Shown: positions 49,950-61,053, counted from the whole stretch's first letter. The stretch: 63,575 bases of DNA, filler included, from 6 parts of 6 records of this genome joined end to end with filler, not necessarily neighbours in it, one strand, 5' to 3'. Notes: generated by a model from the letters alone, not told the origin. Translations and numbers: made by a program.

Positions 49950-52900
49950 TCAAGTCTCGCCGTCCGAGTTGCAATCGTCCTCGTCCGAGCTCTCCAACCG
50001 GTCTGCGCCACGCTGAGGTTCTGCCAGGCCATCGAGCGGCGACTCGCGCGGAGAGCGGAGAACCAGCGCGTTGACGTCTTCGCCCCGTTCAATCGCCGCA
50101 ACCACGGCCATTGCGCGCCGCGTGCGACGCTTGTAGTAAGCTGCACGCCTTGCCCGTCCGGCTTCTTCGTACGCAATGGCAAGCGCGCGCGTCGTATCAA
50201 GCGTTTCGGGGTGATGCTTTCCGTAGATTTCCTCTTCCACAAGAAGAGCATCGCGCAACAGCTTGCGGTGCATATGCTGGTTCCCGAGCAGCCTGTACAC
50301 CCCGGCGAGGTTGTGCAGCGTCTTTCCGACGACCCTGTGCCGTGGGCCGTGGATATCACCAAATATTACAATGGCGCGGTGCAGCGCACGCCGGGCATCG
50401 TCGAGCTCTCCAATCTGTGCGAGCGCGGTCCCGAGATCAAGCGATACCGAGGCTAAATGCACACTGTGTGGGCCATATGACGTTTCTAAACACTGGACCG
50501 CGCTGCGAAGGAGCGTCGCAGCGTCGGCGAGCTTTTCGCGCGCAGCGCACACGGTGGCCTCCGCCCGCAGGACGATCCATCGCTCACCGCTCCACTCTGT
50601 GCACTCACCGCGGCGCACCGACGAAAGAAACGCGTCGCGCGCGAGCTGCAGCGAGCGCACTCCCGCTTCAAAGGCCCCAATGCGAAGTTCGATCGAGCCG
50701 TACACGGCCAGGATCTCCGCGGTAGTCAAGTGCCCGTCAGGATACAATTCCAAGGTGATTTGGAATGCGCTGCGGCACGTGGCGGCGGCTCGCTCGGGTT
50801 GCTTGGTCACCAGGAAGAGCGACGCGCACGCACGCAGAATGTCGAGGCGCACTGAAGGCGCCGGAATCAGAGACCCATCGTCTGTGACTACGCTAACCGG
50901 TTGTTTTCCACCCCGCTGCGGCGAGGAATCGTTGGCATCACTATCACTGCCGCGACCGTGAGGGCTGACCGGCCCATCTGCATCGGCCGCCGCGCGACTC
51001 GATCCAAAGAGTGCTCGCTCGGCCGCAACCAACGCGTCCGCGGTAGCCAGCGCGCCGGCCTCGTCGCCAAGAAAGGCGTAGAGCTCTGCAAGAGCACACA
51101 ACGCGGCCACGCGGGCTGTCGTATGCGCCGTGCTCGCGCGAGCGAGACGGTCCAGCCGTGCCCCAAGTTCGCGTGCGTGCGAAACACGGCCGCACGCAAT
51201 GCACGCTGTTGTCAAGCGCGCCAGCAGCCGCAGGCGCCGCTGCGCATCCCACAAGCTCAGACGGTGCTCCGAGGTGCTCGCGTGTGCGGCAAGTGCCAGC
51301 AAAGGCGCGAGCACTGCCACCTCCGAGCGCGGCAGCCGTGCATGGGCACAGCCAAGCAAGGTCACTCGCAAGTCTGCTTCCACGCTCACATCGGCCACTT
51401 CGCTCACGGCGGCACCACGTGACGCCGACGGCGCGCCGAGAGGCGCCGGCGAGCGTCGCCGCAGCGGTGAGTGGCCAACGTCCACCGGCGTCGGGCGTCG
51501 CGCTGGCAGATGCTCCCCACTGGCGGGGTGCGGTGCAGGGAGCGTGCTCCCGCCAGTAGCAGATTCATCCGTGGTAGCCGTATTCCGCGAACGGTCACCG
51601 GTGTCTGGCGTAACGGCCGTGCGAGGAATCAGCGGCGATGCGTGCTGCATACGCGCACCGCTTGCCGTCGTAGCCCGCGGCGCTGCATCGTATAAGTTAC
51701 CGGGGGAGCTGGGACGGGCAGCGGCATCCGTAACGCGCAGCGCCCAGCGCGCGAGCTGCTCAGCTACTGAGCGCTTCTCGAGGAGACGGTATGCCTGCGC
51801 GAGCAGCGCCAGCACGCCAATTGCAGCGGCGCTCTCGGTACCGTGGTCCTGGCGCACCACGCTGAGCGCAGTCTTTAAATGCAACAGCGCGTCATCGGCA
51901 CACCCAAGCGCAAGGCTGCACGCGCCAGCTCCCGTGAGCGCAGCTACAACCACGTCCGACGGACCGCCGTCGTTGTACTCGTCTTCCGCAAACGAAAAGG
52001 CGCGCAAAAATCGCCGCCGAGCCCGGATGATCTCTCCGCGCGCAGCCATGTACTCCGCAGCAGCGCAGTAGTAGTGCGCGCGAAGCAACCTCGGCAGCTG
52101 TTCCGCATGTCGGCTGACCCACAGCAGCTGCTGGTGGGCGGCGCGCAAAGCTCCCTCGCGCAGCAGCGTGCGCGCGGTGTACAAGCGAAGCGGGAACAAG
52201 TCCGCGGTCGGAAGTCCCAGGGCACCGAGGACGCGTGCTGCCTGCGACAAGGCAGCCACACCGTCGCCAGCATCAGCAAGCACAGCGGCAGCGTCGGCAT
52301 AGAGCTTCGAGGAACCTAGCGCAACTTCGCTCACCGAGCGATCGGCAACGCCACCACCCCCGCCAGCCTCGCGAGCCAGCGCGCCGTATCGGCGCGCAGC
52401 ACACGCTAAAGCTGCGCAAAGGCTACTCGCCAGCGCGGCAAGACGGACCCGCATGGCCGGGGCGGGACGAGCGAGCAGCATCCGCTGCATACCGGCCAGC
52501 ACAACACGGGCAACGCGCACTCGACTCTCCCACGACAGAGCCGCGAGCACACCAGCCCGTACGTCGCGCTGCACTGCATAGCAACCGACGGCCGACGACT
52601 CATCGTATGCACCGCGCGCCGCAGAAAGCCTGCGCGCGAGTCGCGGAGACGCAGGGCCTCCGTGGGCATTAGGGTCTAGAGCGCCGAGCGCGTCCGACAG
52701 CCACGCCTCGTCGTCGGTGTGGTGCACGCTGTCCGCGCCACCGTCATCATCAGGTTGGAGATCGCTAGCATTTGCGCCAGCGTCGCCCATTGCACCGGCA
52801 GCAGCGGGGACTGGAACCAAGAGACCTCTCCGTACGAGCGTTTCGATCGACCCGTCCGCGTGCAAGGCATCCGCCGCGCTCGGGACACCACCCAGCCCGC

Positions 52901-54437
52901 TTCCGTCGCCGCTGGCGGAAGACTCCTGCGGAAGCATGCGGTAAGGCAGGGCAATCTCAAACACTAATGCCGCTGGCAAGAGCGTAGGAGGAAGCAGCGC
53001 CAGCCGCTCCAACAGATCATCGGCACTGGCATCGCTTGTTCTCAGCGAGCCGCGCAAGACCTCGGCGGCACCGCGAGGCGAAACGCCGTCGCCGGCGTGC
53101 TCGCCAGACAGCGTCTCGGAGCACAAAGCTCGAGGTGAGCGGGGCACAGCGCGGAGAACATCATCTGCGGAAGCCCCAGAGCCGACCATGTGTAGTTTCA
53201 ATAGCGTTACCGCTCGCAGGCTTTCACCGGCAGCGTCCGCAAGCGCGCGGATCGCGCTCTGCGGCGGAGGATCTGCGGGAGGGTCGGCGCGCGGGGACGA
53301 GAGCGCCGTCGACGCTGCAGCCGACGCGGCCGCGGTTTCTCCTAAAATCTCCAGCAGGTCTTCTTCAGAAACGTGCATACGCGGCGAAGACGCGACCGCG
53401 CCGAGAATCGCCTCGACCGCATTCCGCCGCTCCCTTCCTTGCAGGGCCTCGGCTCGGATCAGTGAGACAGCACGCACGTCTTCCGTGGCCAGGCGCACGG
53501 CTGCCTCGTCGTCGCGTGTCGTCGCAACGAGAACAGTTCCCGGCGGAAGGGCGTCCAGCACCAAAAACGGGCGAAGCATTGCCATCCCGGCACCGTCCGC
53601 CACTACAATGTCCAGATGGGCCGAGCGTCTTGCTCGCCGCCGCGGGTGGGCAATGCGCTCTACCAGTCGCTCAAGTGCAGTGCTGAGCGCAAGGTGCGCC
53701 GGCTGCGACGAGGAAGACGAGCTCCGGCTGCGGCGCTGATCGCGCAGCTTGCCGCCCTTGCCCACGCCAACGTCGTCCTCCGAAGACGACGACGCTCCGC
53801 GCTGGTCCGCCTTCCCGCCGCCAGCAAGTTCCGGTGCCTCCGCGTACGCCGACGCATCAATCCAGAACACAGTTGCCGGCCACGATGCAACCGTCCTATG
53901 ACAAGCTTCGATTACCGCCTCGCTTTTCCCGCTTTCCGACGGGCCGTGCACAACGACCACGGAGCCGCGCTCGCCAACGCCACCGGCGCTGGACGGCGGC
54001 GGCTCTCGCGCGGCCGCCAGCGCCTCGGCGACAGCGGCGGCAACGGCTTCGGCCCGCGCCGCCGCCGCCGGGCCCGCGCACCGGGGCCCTCCGGCCGCGA
54101 TATCACTAAATGCGGTTGTGCGCGGAGGAATACAACAACAGGCAAGGTGCGCTGGTGGTGCAGCTGTCGCGGTGGAATCGTGAGCGCGTGCGCGCGCGGG
54201 AGACGAAGAAGCCGACGTCTGCGCCGAAGTCGTGTCCTGGCGGCCGTGCGGTGGCGTGTCGGGCAGCGAGTCCTGCGAGCCAGAAGAGTCGCGCCGCGCG
54301 CTCTCCTCACTGAGCGCTGCCGCAGCACGCGGCGACGAAACTCCCGACTCTGCGAGAGATCCGAGCGCCCTTGCGGCAGCTTCCGAAGCTGCAGCATACA
54401 GACGCGGCGGTGAACTGCGACCGCCAAAGTCTGACAT
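49950..54437 (-). CDS. STAND-class P-loop NTPase (NB-ARC-like) with C-terminal TPR repeats; about 1500 aa in one open frame
   Basis: VVVVHGPSESGKS (Walker A), VFWIDAS, IVVADG (Walker B-like), LVATTRD, LLERLALL; then kinesin-light-chain-type TPRs such as YGPHSVHLA...HGPRHRVVGKTLHNLAGVY...YGKHHPETLDT. Confidence 0.8.
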   Translation of the reverse strand: MSDFGGRSSPPRLYAAASEAAARALGSLAESGVSSPRAAAALSEESARRDSSGSQDSLPDTPPHGRQDTTSAQTSASSSPARARAHDSTATAAPPAHLACCCIPPRTTAFSDIAAGGPRCAGPAAAARAEAVAAAVAEALAAAREPPPSSAGGVGERGSVVVVHGPSESGKSEAVIEACHRTVASWPATVFWIDASAYAEAPELAGGGKADQRGASSSSEDDVGVGKGGKLRDQRRSRSSSSSSQPAHLALSTALERLVERIAHPRRRARRSAHLDIVVADGAGMAMLRPFLVLDALPPGTVLVATTRDDEAAVRLATEDVRAVSLIRAEALQGRERRNAVEAILGAVASSPRMHVSEEDLLEILGETAAASAAASTALSSPRADPPADPPPQSAIRALADAAGESLRAVTLLKLHMVGSGASADDVLRAVPRSPRALCSETLSGEHAGDGVSPRGAAEVLRGSLRTSDASADDLLERLALLPPTLLPAALVFEIALPYRMLPQESSASGDGSGLGGVPSAADALHADGSIETLVRRGLLVPVPAAAGAMGDAGANASDLQPDDDGGADSVHHTDDEAWLSDALGALDPNAHGGPASPRLARRLSAARGAYDESSAVGCYAVQRDVRAGVLAALSWESRVRVARVVLAGMQRMLLARPAPAMRVRLAALASSLCAALACAARRYGALAREAGGGGGVADRSVSEVALGSSKLYADAAAVLADAGDGVAALSQAARVLGALGLPTADLFPLRLYTARTLLREGALRAAHQQLLWVSRHAEQLPRLLRAHYYCAAAEYMAARGEIIRARRRFLRAFSFAEDEYNDGGPSDVVVAALTGAGACSLALGCADDALLHLKTALSVVRQDHGTESAAAIGVLALLAQAYRLLEKRSVAEQLARWALRVTDAAARPSSPGNLYDAAPRATTASGARMQHASPLIPRTAVTPDTGDRSRNTATTDESATGGSTLPAPHPASGEHLPARRPTPVDVGHSPLRRRSPAPLGAPSASRGAAVSEVADVSVEADLRVTLLGCAHARLPRSEVAVLAPLLALAAHASTSEHRLSLWDAQRRLRLLARLTTACIACGRVSHARELGARLDRLARASTAHTTARVAALCALAELYAFLGDEAGALATADALVAAERALFGSSRAAADADGPVSPHGRGSDSDANDSSPQRGGKQPVSVVTDDGSLIPAPSVRLDILRACASLFLVTKQPERAAATCRSAFQITLELYPDGHLTTAEILAVYGSIELRIGAFEAGVRSLQLARDAFLSSVRRGECTEWSGERWIVLRAEATVCAAREKLADAATLLRSAVQCLETSYGPHSVHLASVSLDLGTALAQIGELDDARRALHRAIVIFGDIHGPRHRVVGKTLHNLAGVYRLLGNQHMHRKLLRDALLVEEEIYGKHHPETLDTTRALAIAYEEAGRARRAAYYKRRTRRAMAVVAAIERGEDVNALVLRSPRESPLDGLAEPQRGADRLESSDEDDCNSDGET

Positions 54438-57273
54438 CGCCGCAGAGGCTGTGTACGGGCACGCGCACAGAGCCGCCGTCAACGTTGCCGGTGCGCACGG
54501 CTAGGTCACTTGGTGTGCCGTTTTCTTGCGGACCGAGGCGTCACACCAAGAGGAGCGCAGCACGCGTGTGGGTGTGCAGCTCCACGCCCGCGTCACTGCG
54601 GGCAGCCGCAGCGCGTAGCGCACAGCAGTAGGTGCGCCGACGCCCAGCAGGAAATTGGGTGAGCAACACCGGGGCACGTCAAGACTCTGGCAGCTATGTT
54701 TGAAAGATAGTGTACCAAATGAACAAAACAGGAGCACAGAGCCCGCAATGCGCGCGCAACCTGCGCGCCGCTTCCACCGTGGAAAAAAAGAAAAAAAAGA
54801 AAGAAGTAGAGTCCGAGGTTGGGTGCGCGCGGAACAGGAAACTGCAGTGCGTGATAGCGGCGGTGCGGCGCGCCCTCGGCTTGCGACAGAAACTCCAGCT
54901 CCTCGGGGGCCCCTTTGCCGAGCACCTAGCGCAATGTGCCTCGCCTTCTGTGGGAGGTCGGCGGAAGGGGCACCCGCATTGAACGCGCGGCCGGAGCCTC
55001 TTCAACGCTGCCGCAACGTTGGCGCCGTAACGCTCGCGACTTGCTCTTGCAAAACATTTGTATTCCCCGACGCCATGGAGAAGGGAAAAGCGAGCCCTTT
55101 CGCCTCTTTATCCTTCAAAAGCTTTCTTTTTTAGTTCACCACCTTGCGGCAAGTTCATGGGTTCATATCGGAGCCTCTGGTGTAGCCCACGGGAGCAGAG
55201 GAGTGCGGGCGAGCGCAGCGTTTGCCGTTGCCGCGAGCAAGTGCCGCGCGGCGCGAGCAGATTTGCCCTGTCGCCTGTGCTTCTGTCGTTGCGGATAGGG
55301 CCAACGGCAGCCACGCGCAAGGGGCCCGTGCGTTCCTTTGCGGACACATCGCGAAGCAAGCGCCTCACGCTGCTACCGCGGCGGCCAGATGCACTCTGCT
55401 GGCTTGCCCGGCGGGACCCAAGTTCTACGTGTGCAACGTGTCTTTTATACTGCAACGGAGATCGTGCAGAGCCGCGTAGCTGGGGAGGTAAAGCTCGCGG
55501 CTGCGCTGGAAGCTGCTGCGTGCGGCGCGGAATCCCAGCAGCCGTAGCTGGCGAAGCGGCTCACGGGCGTCTGGGTGCGGGCAGTCCCACACGAACACTC
55601 CAGCGGCACACGCACGTGAACGGCTGCGCAGCGCTTCGCCTTAGAGGCGCGTCGTGAGCGCTGGGAAGAGAAGCCGCACGACGTACAGCAACAGCCCCTC
55701 TGCGCGCGCACAAAGTTTCATTCGTGCGCGCGCGCGCGCACTTCCCTAGGAGTTGCAGCACCAATTCTTACAGCATGGATTTGCCATTGAGGGAGTCCGG
55801 AAATGTACGCTGTTGGCTACGGCGCAGGAGGGCACTCTTGGGGCGGGGTGTTCCGCCCCAACAGCACCACGTGCACGCCGGGGCGGAGCGCGCGTGTGCG
55901 GAAACATGGCGCTGCGGCCACGCGCGTCCTTCCCTCGCCTTACTCCCGCACGATAGGTGGGCGCAGCGACACACACGCGTGCCGAGCAGCCGCTGCAGAG
56001 CGCGTGGCCTTCGCGTCCCCTCAGTGGCGTCTCACCTGCCCATGCCTCGCACTTCTCAATCTTCTCATTACATTCGTAAGGAGCAGCTGTGGGAATTGCG
56101 CTGCGCTTTCTCCTCCTTCCAGCCGAGCTGCGCAGCCCGTGTGCCCAAAAGGAAGAGGCCGATCCACCGAACTGCCTGCACAAGCGGCTCGGTCATACCA
56201 GAACGAAGGCGTTGGGTTGTCCTCGTGCAGCTTTCCACGCAACCGTCGCCGCTTTCACCGCCGGTATATCTGCAATCGGCTAGCAAGACTACACACTTAT
56301 GATAAGCAAGATGGAGGCCACGGACAGGCTCATGGGAGGACTGATAGTAGGCGCGCTTCGCTCTATACGAGAGGGCAATGCACACACGCTGCCATCGGTT
56401 CGCCAACGCGCTACACGTTCGGATTCGTGAGCTGCGCAGCGAAGCCTTGGCGGTTCCGCCATGGGCACCGCAACACCGAGCAAGGAAACGAAAGGTAACG
56501 AGCAAGGGACAGCGTGCCCCGCTCTTTCGTTTCTCAGCATGCCTCAGAGTCACACATGTCGCAGCAGTTCATTCATGGTCGATTCCGTGCGCATCAGCTC
56601 GCCCTGAGAGCGCGGTCTTTCTTAGTGCCGTTCGTGAGATGTTTCACCGCGCGGCGTGCACTTTCTCTAACGGAGGGGCCGCCGAAGTGCGCGTTCGCTT
56701 CGGGAAACCGGCGTGACGCGTCCGATTCTGCCACGTCGCAAAAGTTCCAGTACGCATTTACTTTCGTTGAAAATGGGAGGTAGTAAGAAAGTGCGGTCGC
56801 TGCAGAGCTGCTGCTAAAGCGCTGTGAAATGCTCGCGATTCAAGTAGGGCGTCCGCCGGTGTTCCGCAAGCTCACGCGCAAGCAATACGTAACAGAGGCG
56901 GAACCCGCTCCAACTGCGCCTATGCCGAGCGAAGCATGCGAACAAAATATTAAAAATCAGACCGGAAAGGCACAGCGCACCACGGCTATGGACGAGCATA
57001 CCAGCAACCATCGCTCGCTCGCGTTCCGAATGAACACGAAAGTGTGCGCAAGGGCAATATTCATATACGTACAAAACTAGAGTACAGTACAAGCGCTACA
57101 CGCCGCAGCTGGCACTGGAGTGCTACAACCCTCCGGGAAACCCCACTTCCGAACCATCGTCGCTCTCGATAAACGGCACGGACATCACTCCAGTGCCTCG
57201 TCGAGCAGCGCCTCGCTCCCCGACAGACTTCGTTGATTTCTCACGAAACACGGAAGTGCACCTCCCGAGATAA

Positions 57274-57373
57274 NNNNNNNNNNNNNNNNNNNNNNNNNNN
57301 NNNNNNNNNNNNNNNNNTTAATTAATTAANNNNNNNNNNNNNNNNNNNNNNNNNNNNNNNNNNNNNNNNNNNN
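57274..57373. other. Artificial contig linker
   Basis: 44 N + TTAATTAATTAA + 44 N. Confidence 0.98.
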
Positions 57374-57862
57374 GGTTTCCTTCTCGCCGAACATCTCATC
57401 ATTCACGTCCGCATGGGCATCCACATGGACCAGAGCCACCGGTCCGTGTTTAGCCGCAATCGCCCGCAGGATCGGCAGTGTGATCGAATGATCACCTCCC
57501 ATCGCAACCGGGATCACACCTTGCGCCAGAATGCCGTCATAGCTTTCCTTGATGATCTTCAGACTGTCTGCCAGCGAGAATGTGTTGATCGCCAGATCCC
57601 CGATATCGGCGATCTGCAGATTATCAAACGGAGCCGCAGCATTGGCCATGTTATAAGGCCGGATCATTGCGCTTTCGCTGCGTATCTGCTTGGGCCCAAA
57701 CCGTGTGCCTGATCGCCATGAGGTGCCTATATCCATCGGAATACCCAGCACCGCCACATCCAGCCCATCCAGCGAGGACGCCTGAGGCAGGCGCATGAAC
57801 GTATTCGGTCCCGAAAACCGCGCCAGATCGTTACCGCCAATCGGTTGGTTGTATTGGGTCAT
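57374..57862 (-). CDS. Ureohydrolase (agmatinase/guanidinobutyrase-like), 3' truncated
   Basis: RFSGPNTFMRLP, RSGTRFGPKQIR, GGDHSIT, HVDAHAD. Confidence 0.9.
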
Positions 57863-57921
57863 GTGATGTCTCCGATCTGGTCACTGACCAAGCAGATACC
57901 GGGATTATGCCTAACCAAAGG

Positions 57922-58890
57922 TTAAGGCTTCACCAGCTTGTTCCACCCCAGAAGGCAAATAATCTGCGTTGCTACATGCGCGCCCGCAATCGCCGTCGCG
58001 CCGGACGTATCGTATGGGGGAGAGACCTCGACCACGTCGCCACCTTTGATGTTGATCCCAGCAATGTCGCGCAGGATGATCTGCGCTTGGATCGAACTGA
58101 GCCCGCCCCAGACCGGCGTCCCGGTTCCTGGGGCGAAGGCCGGGTCCAGACCATCAATGTCGAAGCTAAGATAGACAGGGCTGTCGCCCAGGATGCCTTT
58201 GATCTTCTGCGCCACCGCTGCAGGACCAGATTCGTAAACCTCACGCGCATCGATGATGTTGACGCCCAGCGTGTCCTCATTGGTGGTGCGAATGCCCACT
58301 TGAACCGAGCGCTTCGGGTCCACGATCCCCGATTTCACCGCCTTGTAGAACATCGTCCCGTGATCCACGCGGGACATATCATCGTCGGCCCAGGTGTCCG
58401 TGTGCGCATCGAATTGCAGCAGAGAGATCGGCCCGTATTTCTCGGCATAAGCTTTCAGGATCGGGAAGCTGATATAGTGATCCCCACCCAACGTAACCGA
58501 GGCAACATTGGCTTTCAGAATGGTACGAATGTGATCGGTCAAAGTATCGGGAAAGGCAGGGATATTGGCATAGTCATAGGCCATGTCACCGTAATCCACG
58601 ATCGCCAACTCGCTCAGCGCGTCGAAGGGCCAGCCATAGGGCGCATCGGGTGATTGCAAAGAACTGGCCTCACGGATCGCGCGGGGGCCAAGCCGCGTTC
58701 CGGGGCGGTTGGTTACTGCCTGATCGAAGGGCACGCCCGTCACCGCGATATCGACCCCGGTCAGGTCTTTTGTATAAAGCCGCCGCAGGAATGATGTCGC
58801 GCCGCCAAAGGTGTTCTCATACGACAACCCCTTGAGATCGGGGTTGGTGAACGCCTCGTCCACCTGGTTTTTTGCATCTTCCAGTGCCAT
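57922..58890 (-). CDS. speB: Agmatinase family ureohydrolase
   Basis: RPGTRLGPRAIR, GGDHYIS, FDAHTD, DHGT, SFDIDGLDPAFAPGTGTP, DVVEVSP. Confidence 0.9.
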   Translation of the reverse strand: MALEDAKNQVDEAFTNPDLKGLSYENTFGGATSFLRRLYTKDLTGVDIAVTGVPFDQAVTNRPGTRLGPRAIREASSLQSPDAPYGWPFDALSELAIVDYGDMAYDYANIPAFPDTLTDHIRTILKANVASVTLGGDHYISFPILKAYAEKYGPISLLQFDAHTDTWADDDMSRVDHGTMFYKAVKSGIVDPKRSVQVGIRTTNEDTLGVNIIDAREVYESGPAAVAQKIKGILGDSPVYLSFDIDGLDPAFAPGTGTPVWGGLSSIQAQIILRDIAGINIKGGDVVEVSPPYDTSGATAIAGAHVATQIICLLGWNKLVKP

Positions 58891-58901
58891 ATTTTTTCCT
58901 A

Positions 58902-60065
58902 TCAGCCCAAGGGCTGCGCCCTTTCCACGATCCGAGCGAAGAAAGACGCCCCGACCGGTGCAACATCGTCGTTGAAGTTGTATTTCGGATGGTGCAGCCC
59001 GGCGCCTTCCCCTTGCCCCATAAACAGGTAGGCCCCCGGACGGGCCTGCAGCATGTAGGAAAAGTCCTCGGCCCCCATATCGCGACCCATAGAGTCGACA
59101 ACCCGGTCAGATCCGGACACTTCGCGCGCGATATCGGCAGCGAAGGCCGCCTTTTCAGCATCGTTGATCGTGGCCGGATAGCCCACTTGATAGTCCAATG
59201 TCGCTTCAACCCCGTAAGAGGCCGCCTGCCCCACCACAATCTGCTCAAGCCGCTCCATCACCATTTTCTGCACCGAAGGATCAAAGGTGCGGACAGTGCC
59301 GTTCAGATAGGCCGTATCCGGAATCACATTATTTACCGTTCCCGCGTGGATTTGAGTGACCGAGACCACCAGATCCTCAACCGCATAGTGGTTGCGACTG
59401 ACAATGGTCTGAATCGCCTGAGCAATCCCGCAGGCCGCCATCACCGGGTCTTTGGTCTGATGCGGCATGGCCCCATGCCCGCCTACGCCCTGAATGTGGA
59501 TCTCAAACGTATCCACCGCCGCCATAATCGGCCCCGGCGTAGTGTAAAACGCGCCTTCTGGGTTTCCCGGATCATTGTGAATGCCATAGACCTGAGAAAT
59601 ATTGAACTGCTCCATGATGCCTTCTTTAACCATCACATCCGCGCCACCGCCCTCTTCCTCGGCCGGTTGAAAGATCAGCGCCACGCGGCCCGCAAAATTC
59701 CGCGTCTCGGCCAGATAACGCGCAGCCCCCAGCAGCATCGTGGTGTGCCCATCATGGCCGCAGGCGTGCATCTTACCGGGGTTTTTCGATGCGTAGTCCA
59801 ACCCTGTCTCTTCGGTAATCGGCAACGCATCCATGTCCGCACGCAGACCAATGGTCGGCCCCTCGCCCTGCCCGTTGATGATCGCGACCATACCGGTCTT
59901 TGCGATCCCTTCGTGCAGCTCATCCACCCCGAACTCACGCAGACGCTCGGCCACGAAGGCGGCTGTCTCGTAACATTCGAACTCCAACTCGGGGATGGTG
60001 TGCAGGTGTTGGCGCCACTGGGCCATATCGGCGGCGTAATCGGCAATTCGGTTGACGACGGGCAT
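58902..60065 (-). CDS. M20D amidohydrolase (hippurate hydrolase-like)
   Basis: True start MPVVNRIAD with GGAG RBS; LRADMDALPI, MHACGHDGHT, FQPAEE, GAEDF, LHHPKYNFND. Confidence 0.93.
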   Translation of the reverse strand: MPVVNRIADYAADMAQWRQHLHTIPELEFECYETAAFVAERLREFGVDELHEGIAKTGMVAIINGQGEGPTIGLRADMDALPITEETGLDYASKNPGKMHACGHDGHTTMLLGAARYLAETRNFAGRVALIFQPAEEEGGGADVMVKEGIMEQFNISQVYGIHNDPGNPEGAFYTTPGPIMAAVDTFEIHIQGVGGHGAMPHQTKDPVMAACGIAQAIQTIVSRNHYAVEDLVVSVTQIHAGTVNNVIPDTAYLNGTVRTFDPSVQKMVMERLEQIVVGQAASYGVEATLDYQVGYPATINDAEKAAFAADIAREVSGSDRVVDSMGRDMGAEDFSYMLQARPGAYLFMGQGEGAGLHHPKYNFNDDVAPVGASFFARIVERAQPLG

Positions 60066-60131
60066 CTGGGGTGGACTCCTGATCCTGACTACGGGATGGA
60101 TGCATCTGACACCGGAACGAAAGGGTTCGCA

Positions 60132-60998
60132 ATGGCCGAAAATCCTCTGATCCACGATACGGACGCAGGTATCGAGCGTTTGCTGGAAATCATGCGCCGC
60201 CTGCGCGACCCGCAATCCGGCTGCCCGTGGGACATCGAACAGGATTTTTCGACGATTGCGCCTTATACCATCGAAGAGGCCTATGAGGTCGCCGATGCCA
60301 TCGAACGCGAGGCCTATGATGAACTGAAGGGAGAGCTGGGGGATTTGCTGTTCCAATCCGTCTTCCACGCGCAAATGGCTGAAGAGGCAGGACATTTCAC
60401 CTTTCAGGACGTAGTGCGCACCATGTCGGACAAGATGGTTGCCCGCCATCCGCATGTCTTTGGCGACGAAACCCGCGATAAGTCAGCAGAACAACAAACG
60501 CTGGACTGGGAGACGATCAAAGCAGCCGAGCGCGCAGGCAAGGAACAACAAGGTACGCTCGATGGTGTTGCCGCCAACCTGCCCGCCCTGCTACGCGCCC
60601 TCAAGCTGCAGAAACGTGCAGCCCGCGTCGGCTTTGACTGGCCCGATGCCAGCCATGTCCTCGCCAAGATCACTGAAGAAGCCGCCGAACTGGAAGAGGC
60701 GCGCGACAGCATGGATGCCGACGCGCTTGAGGATGAATTCGGCGATCTGCTGTTCGTCCTGGTCAATCTCGGCCGCCATCTGGGCATCGAACCCGAGGCT
60801 GCCCTGCGCCGCACCAATGCCAAGTTCACCCGCCGCTTTGAACAGGTCGAGACACGCCTCGCCGCGCGTGGTAAAACCCCGTCACAAAGCGATCTGGCCG
60901 AGATGGACGCACTGTGGGATGAGGTGAAGATTGAGGAACACCGCGCCAACGGCAAACTCCCGCCGGTGAACGCCCCGGCAGACGCGGAAATCGGCTAG
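60132..60998 (+). CDS. mazG: Nucleoside triphosphate pyrophosphohydrolase MazG
   Basis: LRDPQSGCPWD, YTIEEAYEV, ELGDLL, RHPHVF, KLQKRAARVGFDW, EFGDLLF, TNAKF.RRF. Confidence 0.95.
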   Translation: MAENPLIHDTDAGIERLLEIMRRLRDPQSGCPWDIEQDFSTIAPYTIEEAYEVADAIEREAYDELKGELGDLLFQSVFHAQMAEEAGHFTFQDVVRTMSDKMVARHPHVFGDETRDKSAEQQTLDWETIKAAERAGKEQQGTLDGVAANLPALLRALKLQKRAARVGFDWPDASHVLAKITEEAAELEEARDSMDADALEDEFGDLLFVLVNLGRHLGIEPEAALRRTNAKFTRRFEQVETRLAARGKTPSQSDLAEMDALWDEVKIEEHRANGKLPPVNAPADAEIG

Positions 60999-61053
60999 AC
61001 AAGCACTGCGACACTTGCGAGTGTCCGACCTTCACGCCGCCCCGGAGACGACC

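Noticed and set aside
54500-57273. Many overlapping Arg/Ala/Cys-rich ORFs and a possible exon at 55750-55804
   Set aside because: These are typical spurious ORFs of GC-rich non-coding DNA, and no coherent protein could be assembled.
57863-60131. Guanidine riboswitch upstream of the ureohydrolases
   Set aside because: The intergenic gaps are only 11-66 bp and show no paired ACGR hairpins or ykkC-like motif.
58872-60998. 708-aa plus-strand ORF and 517-aa minus-strand ORF suggesting fused or overlapping genes
   Set aside because: The extensions are antisense shadows of the divergent amidohydrolase and mazG genes in GC-rich DNA. The real starts are 60065 and 60132.
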